A stretch of DNA of 64,000 nucleotides from Minisyncoccota bacterium (GTDB lineage: Bacteria; Patescibacteriota; Minisyncoccia; Phycocordibacterales; Phycocordibacteraceae): the NCBI GenBank assembly GCA_039927695.1, contig JBDSUM010000007.1, forward strand, positions 11,700-75,699. The letters are read 5' to 3'. The number at the start of each line of letters is the position of its first letter. Positions within the stretch are counted from its first letter, which is position 1. Made by a program: the position numbers and the translations under genes. Under the pieces are notes generated by a model that saw only the letters and a program-made list of their open reading frames with translations, was not told where the DNA came from and did not search any database. Shown in pieces: positions 57,811-64,000 of this stretch.

Positions 57811-58806
57811 ATGTCACTCGAACAACCTAATTCCTATAACAAACTACCTGCTGGGCATGAAGCAGTGATTCAGTATCGTCCAAAGTTTATTGCACGAGGA
57901 GGAGACCATCTTGTATATGAAACAGAAGGTCACCCCGATACGGTAATTAAAGCTTCAACGTTTAAGTTAAAAGATATCTTGATGGATAACGCAGAGCGAG
58001 GACAACCACTCGATGATATCTCTGACGAAATGCGTTCTGCTTTGGAGCAGGAATTAGAAGAAAAGAACGCTCAGATACGCTTATACCGAGAATACTTTGG
58101 AGCTAAGCACACTCTTTCAGAACGGCGATACCTTATGCAAGTGCCCATCTCACCGGAAATTATTGAAGAGATATATAAAAAAGATTGGACATATCGCGTA
58201 CCACCTCAGGGTATTGAGAATATTCAGAGCGCCTGGACGGCCGCGGTAATACAGAAAAAGGCACCACAAATTTCTGATCCAAACCATCTTCAATTTTCCT
58301 TTGGAGGTTTTGTTGAAGAACGTACAGTGAAGCCAGATTCAAACGAATACGCAAAACTCAATGATGCTTTTCTTGGTAAGGAAACAATTACACCCGAAGA
58401 CTTAGAACTCTTCTTTAAGATTCAAGACAATCCTGAAATTCACGCTCTGTCTGATCTTCTTGCTAAGGCGGAAGCAGAACCTGCACTGAAAGAAGCAATT
58501 AAAGATTTTATAGGAAAATCTATTATATTTGCTAATGAGACAGGAAATATTTTAGCGTTAGCAGGGGAAGACAACGTGATTCTGTATCCCCAAGATGATA
58601 CCTGGAGTTTTCTCTTGGTTGACGCCATACCTTTGTATAATCAACCGTTATACCAAGAAGCAAAAGAAATACTTATTCGTGAACGAAAGGGAGAAGTGTT
58701 GAATAAGGAAGAGACGGGCTTTTTAACGAGAGGCTATAACTTTGTAAGAACCATGAATGGTCTTGCCGCAGCGCTCGGAATGACGGAAAGATTGCAGCTT
58801 CCGTAA
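57811..58806 (+). CDS. Hypothetical protein
   Basis: 331-aa ORF; start 7 nt after the previous stop; no motif recognised. Confidence 0.45.
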   Translation: MSLEQPNSYNKLPAGHEAVIQYRPKFIARGGDHLVYETEGHPDTVIKASTFKLKDILMDNAERGQPLDDISDEMRSALEQELEEKNAQIRLYREYFGAKHTLSERRYLMQVPISPEIIEEIYKKDWTYRVPPQGIENIQSAWTAAVIQKKAPQISDPNHLQFSFGGFVEERTVKPDSNEYAKLNDAFLGKETITPEDLELFFKIQDNPEIHALSDLLAKAEAEPALKEAIKDFIGKSIIFANETGNILALAGEDNVILYPQDDTWSFLLVDAIPLYNQPLYQEAKEILIRERKGEVLNKEETGFLTRGYNFVRTMNGLAAALGMTERLQLP

Positions 58807-58843
58807 GACTTTTACCGACTAAACAATTTGTTACAATTTACAT

Positions 58844-59197
58844 ATGGAAAAGAAAACAGGCGGATGCCAATGCAAGAAACTGCAGTATGAAGCGGAGATA
58901 GATCTTACGCAGCCAGTAATCGAGTGTAACTGCTCTATATGCCAAGGGAAGGGTATGCTCCTAGCTTTTATCCCAGAAGAGAAGATGACTGTCTTGTCTG
59001 GAGAAGAATTACTTACTGAATATCGATTCAATACAGGAAATATTGCTCATCTATTCTGTAGCGTGTGTGGTGTTCAAGCGTTTGCACGTGCGACTAGTCC
59101 TGCAGGAGAACCAACCTATGCAGTTAATGTGCGCACTATCGATGGTATTGATTTAGACTTACTAAACCGTATGCCGTTCGATGGTAGAAGCAGATAA
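58844..59197 (+). CDS. GFA (glutathione-dependent formaldehyde-activating)/CENP-V-like Cys-rich protein
   Basis: CQC...CNCSIC...CSVCG cysteine pattern in 117 aa. Confidence 0.6.
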   Translation: MEKKTGGCQCKKLQYEAEIDLTQPVIECNCSICQGKGMLLAFIPEEKMTVLSGEELLTEYRFNTGNIAHLFCSVCGVQAFARATSPAGEPTYAVNVRTIDGIDLDLLNRMPFDGRSR

Positions 59198-59210
59198 TTA
59201 TATTTATTGT

Positions 59211-60113
59211 ATGCAAAAAATAGTCCCACACCTCTGGTTTGATACACAGGCTAAAGAAGCGGCAGAGTTCTATGTCTCGGCATTCGAGAACTCTAAGATT
59301 ACGACTGATAAAACACTGAAGGATACACCGTCAGGAGATACACAGCTCGTTGGTTTTGACCTCGCAGGATATTCATTCATGGCGATAAGTGCAGGACCTA
59401 TCTTCACGCTTAATCCGTCAATATCGTTCATGGTGAACTTTGATCCTTCGCGTGATGAGAAGGCACAAGAACATCTAGAGCAATTGTGGGCAAAGCTATC
59501 TGAAGGCGGCAAGACGCTCATGCCGCTGCAGGAGTATCCGTTTAGTAAGCTGTATGGCTGGACCAATGATACGTTCGGTGTGTCGTGGCAGCTTATGCTC
59601 ACGAATCCTGAAGGAGAAGAACGTCCATTCATTATTCCATCGCTCATGTTTACACAAGGCGTCAATGGAAAGAGCGAGGAAGCCACTAACTTCTATATTG
59701 AAACATTCAAGAACGCACGGCGCGGTACTATTATGCACTACCCAGCTGGGAGCGACCCTGCTATGGAAGGAAAAGTCATGTTCACTGACTTCCAATTAGA
59801 AGGGCAGTGGTTCACGGCAATGGACGGTGGCTTAGCACACGACTTTGTTTTTAACGAAGCCCTATCGCTCGTTGTTAAGTGTGATTCTCAAGAAGAGATT
59901 GATTACTACTGGGAGAAGCTCTCAGCAGTTCCTGAATCAGAACAATGTGGCTGGCTCAAAGATGCATATGGTGTGTCGTGGCAGATCACTCCAAGTCGAA
60001 TGGATGACATGATGCGTGAAGGTACTCCTGAGCAAATTGCGCGCGTTACACAAGCATTTCTTAAAATGAAGAAGTTCGATTTGGCTGCTCTCGAGGAAGC
60101 GTATCAAGGCTAA
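59211..60113 (+). CDS. Tandem PhnB-like VOC (3-demethylubiquinone-9 3-methyltransferase domain) protein
   Basis: KIVPHLWFDTQAKEAAEFYVSAF N-terminus; a second half with a similar pattern; ORF-track start 59181 trimmed to the Met at 59211. Confidence 0.55.
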   Translation: MQKIVPHLWFDTQAKEAAEFYVSAFENSKITTDKTLKDTPSGDTQLVGFDLAGYSFMAISAGPIFTLNPSISFMVNFDPSRDEKAQEHLEQLWAKLSEGGKTLMPLQEYPFSKLYGWTNDTFGVSWQLMLTNPEGEERPFIIPSLMFTQGVNGKSEEATNFYIETFKNARRGTIMHYPAGSDPAMEGKVMFTDFQLEGQWFTAMDGGLAHDFVFNEALSLVVKCDSQEEIDYYWEKLSAVPESEQCGWLKDAYGVSWQITPSRMDDMMREGTPEQIARVTQAFLKMKKFDLAALEEAYQG

Positions 60114-60126
60114 GTAGAAGGAAACA

Positions 60127-60169
60127 ACTCAATTAATAAAGAAAAGACCCATCGCAGTGCGATAGGTCT
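60127..60169 (-). terminator. Stem-loop between convergent genes (terminator for the minus-strand SixA-like gene, possibly bidirectional)
   Basis: aagacccatcgc-agt-gcgataggtctt stem; T-rich tract on the minus-strand side. Confidence 0.5.
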
Positions 60170-60194
60170 TAAGGTTTCGGTAGCCGTGGTGCGG

Positions 60195-60866
60195 CTAGTC
60201 GAAGAGTTCGAAGGTTGCTGGCACCATCCTAGTGGTGTCGAAGGTAACGAGGAACGCGCCGGCTTCGACCATGTTGAGGCCGTCGAGGAACGCCGAGACT
60301 TCCTCGGTGTATGGGGAGACCGTCTCGGTTCCCTCATACAACATGACGTCTACGAGACCCTCCACAGCCAGCGGTGTGAAAACCGCGTGGCCGGCGACGA
60401 GAATTGTTTTATCATCGCCACTAGTTATGCGTTCAGCAATCGTGATGCCGGCCTCGCTGCCCAACCTCTCGACCGGGCTATCCTTCCAACCGGTTTTATG
60501 TCGTTGGTTAAGCTCGTGCTCCTTATACGCCGACGGGGGTGCATAGGCGAGGTCGGAGAAAAGCTTCCCCAAGATTTCGCCATCCCTCCCTTCGGGTGTG
60601 AATAGTTCATCGAGGAGTGTGAAGTCACGGCGTGATTTGCATGTGACTAATTCAAGCGTCTCGATCACTCGCTCTGCGATTGAACAGAAGAGATGGTCGA
60701 AGGTGATCCCTTCGAGGGTCTTGCGTCGACGTTCGGCCTGGCTGTAGCCAAGCTGGCTGAGTCCGCGGTGGATATCATCCTCCCGCAATGTGCCAATAGG
60801 TGGCACAGCATTGGCATGACGCAGTCCGATTACTTGTATGATGGCCATGAGGCTCCCTCTTTTCAA
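60195..60866 (-). CDS. SixA-like histidine phosphatase
   Basis: IQVIGLRHANAVP (RH motif) N-terminus; ~220 aa; second conserved His later. Confidence 0.55.
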   Translation of the reverse strand: MKRGSLMAIIQVIGLRHANAVPPIGTLREDDIHRGLSQLGYSQAERRRKTLEGITFDHLFCSIAERVIETLELVTCKSRRDFTLLDELFTPEGRDGEILGKLFSDLAYAPPSAYKEHELNQRHKTGWKDSPVERLGSEAGITIAERITSGDDKTILVAGHAVFTPLAVEGLVDVMLYEGTETVSPYTEEVSAFLDGLNMVEAGAFLVTFDTTRMVPATFELFD

Positions 60867-60992
60867 GTTACAATGGCTTCCGTCGCATGACGGAAGATGA
60901 CTATAATATGACAGAATACATATGTATTGTCAAATTACTCTAATATGCCATACTCAGTTGCATCAAGCATGCTTTAATTATAAAAAGCGTAT

Positions 60993-63900
60993 ATGGAGCT
61001 ACTTAAACCCTTCAACCAGATAGGCAAGGACGATGCCGCGATTGCCGGTGGGAAAGGTGCTTCTTTGGGTGAGATGACCCAAGCCGGTATACCAGTTCCT
61101 CCGGGCTTTGTCATTCTTGCTGACGCATTCGAACGCTTTATCATAGAGACCAATCTAACGATTGAGATTGATTCAATCTTAAGCAAAGTCGATCACCGGG
61201 AAATGCATACGGTTGAGCACGCATCGGAAACCATTCAAGGTTTAATTCTAAACGTAGAGATGCCTGCCGATCTAAAAGAAGAGATCGAGAAGTCATTCAA
61301 AGAACTCAATACAGAATTTGTTGCTGTTCGTTCAAGTGCTACAGCCGAAGACGGAGTAGAGGCTGCGTGGGCAGGACAACTTGATACTTTTTTAAATACC
61401 ACTGAAGAAACATTACTCGAGAATGTCCGTGAATGCTGGGCTTCTCTTTTTACACCACGTGCAATCTTCTATCGTTTCGAGAAGGGAATGAACCTTCAAA
61501 AGATTTCCGTGGCAGTTGTAGTGCAAAAGATGGTTAATAGCGATACCGCAGGTATCGCCTTTTCTGTTCATCCGGTAACTGAAGATCACAATCAAATGAT
61601 TATCGAAGCAGGTTTTGGTCTTGGCGAAGCGGTAGTCTCCGGACAAGTTACACCTGATAGCTACATAGTTACCAAAGAGCCACGAACAATCATTGAAAAG
61701 AATATTAGTGAGCAAGCACAAGGTTTGTACCGTAAAGCGGGCGGTGGCAACGAATGGAAAGAAATTTCAAAGGAAAAGGGTAGTTCACAAGTATTAACAG
61801 ATCAACAAATCCTTTCACTGGCAGAAATTCTTATTACCATTGAGAACCACTATGGCTTTCCCGTAGACACCGAGTGGGCAATGGAGAATGGTGAACTGTA
61901 CATCGTACAGAGCCGTCCGATTACGACGCTTTCAAATAATGTACCAGTAAAGGATTCCATAGTTAGAACTTTCTTGAAGGAAGTCAAGAACGACAAACTT
62001 ACCCTCATAGAAGCTGATTTTATTCCTGCGTTTATTGTTATCGATTGGCTTAACTACTATGACCAAGATGATTCGCTCAAAGATATTTATCCATTCTTTT
62101 ATTACAAGAATGGAGCGTCATCAAAAGTCTATTTAAATCTCACCAAATACCATGCAGTCGCCAAAATGATGCTTGGCCGGTATCTCGATGGCAAACTTGA
62201 TTTGAATGAATGGACGCAGCGATTCGTTGCCATTGAGAGACGCATAAATAAGTCGTATTTAGCTTATTTTAACGATCCAAAGACAGACGAAAAGAGTCTC
62301 TTGAGCCGTTTAGCAGAAGCTGACGAATTACTTCGAGAGATGGTTTCCCTAACGCTTTTCCTCGATATGTTTGATCGTTCAAATGTTGAGGACGTACTCC
62401 AGGAAAGGGATCTTCATATGCAATTGCAGAATATATGGGAAACCTCCGAGTTACAAGATTTCTCATCATTTGATCTGAAGAACAAAGAAGATATTTTGGA
62501 TGCTATAGCGAATAAAGAACAAAGCCTGTTGCAATATGTTTTCGCTAACTACACCTCAGTGCCTTCAGTCCACGAAGTAGAAAAGATAGTGAATGCCTAT
62601 AACATCGAAGAGCTATCAAAAGAAGTTTCTAACGCTAAAGAGAAGATTCAGAAAAATACTCTGCTAAAACAAGAAGCTAGACTAAAACTTAGTCCGAAAG
62701 AACAGGTCATACTTGCCTTTATTGATTGGGCTTCAGCGCTACGTGATCAACGTAAGGCATTGATGAATAAATGTGACGTGCTTCTCTTTAATCTCACAAG
62801 TGATCTATATAAGGTGTGGGATATTGATTCAACTCTTGTTCCTGACTCATTTGTTCTTGATACCTTGAAAGGTAAAGAACACGTACTTTCGCTGGTCGAG
62901 AGTATTAAAGGCCGTAAGAAAAAGATGGCACTTATTTACTACGGTAAGGATCGCTACGTAGAAGACGATAGTTTCCAGGATAACGATCTCATTGAACTCG
63001 ATACTCACTATCTTAATCAGAATAAATTAGAAGATCAGAACTTGATTAAAGGTGAGTCAGCATGCCGAGGTGTTGTGCGAGGAATAGTAAAGGTAATTAC
63101 AACTCAATCTGAGTTCGGGAAGCTCAAGGAAGGGGAGATTCTTGTAACAGGAATGACTCGTCCAGAATTCGTGCCACTTATGAAGCTTGCTTCAGCAATT
63201 GTTACAGATGAAGGTGGTATCACCTCACATGCGGCTATCGTATCTCGTGAGCTAAATAAACCCTGTGTAATTGGCACAAAGATTGCCACTCATATTTTGA
63301 AAGATGGTGACGAGGTAGAAGTGGATGCAAATAACGGCGTAATACGTATTTTAAAGAGCGACAGCACTTGGCTTAGTCACAAAGACTACATCCTAACATT
63401 CGAAGGGAAGGGCTTGCGTACATTACTCACCGAAATCGTCGGTGCAGGATACGTCCCGCTAGAATCAGTGATCTCCTACCAAGACGAAACATATAAGCAA
63501 TATTACTCACGCAAGCACATCGCAGAGATGAGTGAAATTGGAAAAGTATTCTTTGCTGATCCTAACGCCACACAAGACACCATCAGCGCACTCGAGAAGG
63601 AGTTTGAGAGTACGTCGGTTTTCTTTGAGAAGTTCAAGAGTGACGCACCTATTTCAGAAACTGATATTCAAACGCTCTTTGCTGTGTTCGTACGAATGAA
63701 TAAGCTCTATGGTAAATTCGACTTTGCCTATACTGATGCAGCCTATGAATTCTTGAGCGATAATCCTGTCGTTAAACAGAATCTAGATCTGGTTGAAGCT
63801 CACAAGAATCAATTGCGAGAAGAATACAATAAGATTCTTTTTGAAACAGGCAGCTTGTTCACACTCCTACTGGACAAGCTTTCAGCACAGTTTGGAGTTC

Positions 63901-64000
63901 CTGTTGATGATTTGCAGTGGTATTTGAGTACAGACCTCTTGAGCCTTTACAGTACAGGTCCACTCTCTAAAGAAAAACTTGATGGCCGTAAGCGTGGAAT
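60993..64000 (+). CDS. PEP-utilising enzyme (PEP synthase / pyruvate-water dikinase family), 5' partial running off the window
   Basis: PPDK_N start MELLKPFNQIGKDDAAIAGGKGASLGEMTQAGIPVPPGF...VRSSATAEDG; phospho-His mobile domain GGITSHAAIVSRELNKPCVIGT near 63.2 kb; no listed + strand ORF ends in this interval, consistent with one frame open to 64000. Confidence 0.7.
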   Translation, partial: MELLKPFNQIGKDDAAIAGGKGASLGEMTQAGIPVPPGFVILADAFERFIIETNLTIEIDSILSKVDHREMHTVEHASETIQGLILNVEMPADLKEEIEKSFKELNTEFVAVRSSATAEDGVEAAWAGQLDTFLNTTEETLLENVRECWASLFTPRAIFYRFEKGMNLQKISVAVVVQKMVNSDTAGIAFSVHPVTEDHNQMIIEAGFGLGEAVVSGQVTPDSYIVTKEPRTIIEKNISEQAQGLYRKAGGGNEWKEISKEKGSSQVLTDQQILSLAEILITIENHYGFPVDTEWAMENGELYIVQSRPITTLSNNVPVKDSIVRTFLKEVKNDKLTLIEADFIPAFIVIDWLNYYDQDDSLKDIYPFFYYKNGASSKVYLNLTKYHAVAKMMLGRYLDGKLDLNEWTQRFVAIERRINKSYLAYFNDPKTDEKSLLSRLAEADELLREMVSLTLFLDMFDRSNVEDVLQERDLHMQLQNIWETSELQDFSSFDLKNKEDILDAIANKEQSLLQYVFANYTSVPSVHEVEKIVNAYNIEELSKEVSNAKEKIQKNTLLKQEARLKLSPKEQVILAFIDWASALRDQRKALMNKCDVLLFNLTSDLYKVWDIDSTLVPDSFVLDTLKGKEHVLSLVESIKGRKKKMALIYYGKDRYVEDDSFQDNDLIELDTHYLNQNKLEDQNLIKGESACRGVVRGIVKVITTQSEFGKLKEGEILVTGMTRPEFVPLMKLASAIVTDEGGITSHAAIVSRELNKPCVIGTKIATHILKDGDEVEVDANNGVIRILKSDSTWLSHKDYILTFEGKGLRTLLTEIVGAGYVPLESVISYQDETYKQYYSRKHIAEMSEIGKVFFADPNATQDTISALEKEFESTSVFFEKFKSDAPISETDIQTLFAVFVRMNKLYGKFDFAYTDAAYEFLSDNPVVKQNLDLVEAHKNQLREEYNKILFETGSLFTLLLDKLSAQFGVPVDDLQWYLSTDLLSLYSTGPLSKEKLDGRKRG

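Overview
The window splits into two parts. Positions ~0.7-42 kb are a mosaic accessory region; ~42-64 kb is ordinary chromosomal core.

Accessory half, 0.7-13.5 kb: a degraded prophage-like segment. It carries large and small terminase genes, a ParB-DNA methyltransferase fusion, an XRE/ImmA pair, and a three-gene operon of a pol-beta nucleotidyltransferase (SMODS-like) plus two small membrane proteins. It is bounded by two large serine recombinases. The second recombinase is operonic with an HUH rolling-circle Rep.

Accessory half, 15.2-42 kb: a co-directional gene array punctuated by at least 14 direct copies of a conserved ~30-bp intergenic element (consensus TTTGTTCGAATATCGTCCCAGACGGCCAGC, with internal dyad CGTC-N3-GACG). 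The layout resembles integron-like cassettes. Between repeat copies sit several apparent defence modules. One is a C5 methyltransferase + ParB-like protein + SNF2 helicase + DUF3883-like gene set. Others are a standalone SF1 helicase with a large unknown N-terminal domain and an EcoRI-type N6A methyltransferase + DUF262-HNH (GmrSD-like) + DUF2130 unit carried by a third serine recombinase. At 35.4-42 kb there is a run of small cassette-like genes encoding DUF1697, glyoxalase/VOC, Ldh_2 and YdeI-like proteins and several small membrane proteins.

Core half, 42-64 kb: an NAD salvage/ADP-ribose locus (NrtR-like regulator and ADP-ribosylglycohydrolase, divergent from pnuC-nadR-2H phosphoesterase), purB, a PLD-family protein, a DAP-decarboxylase-family enzyme, an alternative-oxidase homologue, a ~1260-aa secreted multidomain protein (peptidoglycan-binding x2, Fn3-like x6, Ig-like, SGNH hydrolase), VanZ, histidine phosphatases, GFA and PhnB-like proteins, and the 5' part of a PEP-utilising enzyme running off the window end.

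No rRNA, tRNA or CRISPR array was found. All calls rest on motif recognition by eye; no database search was run.
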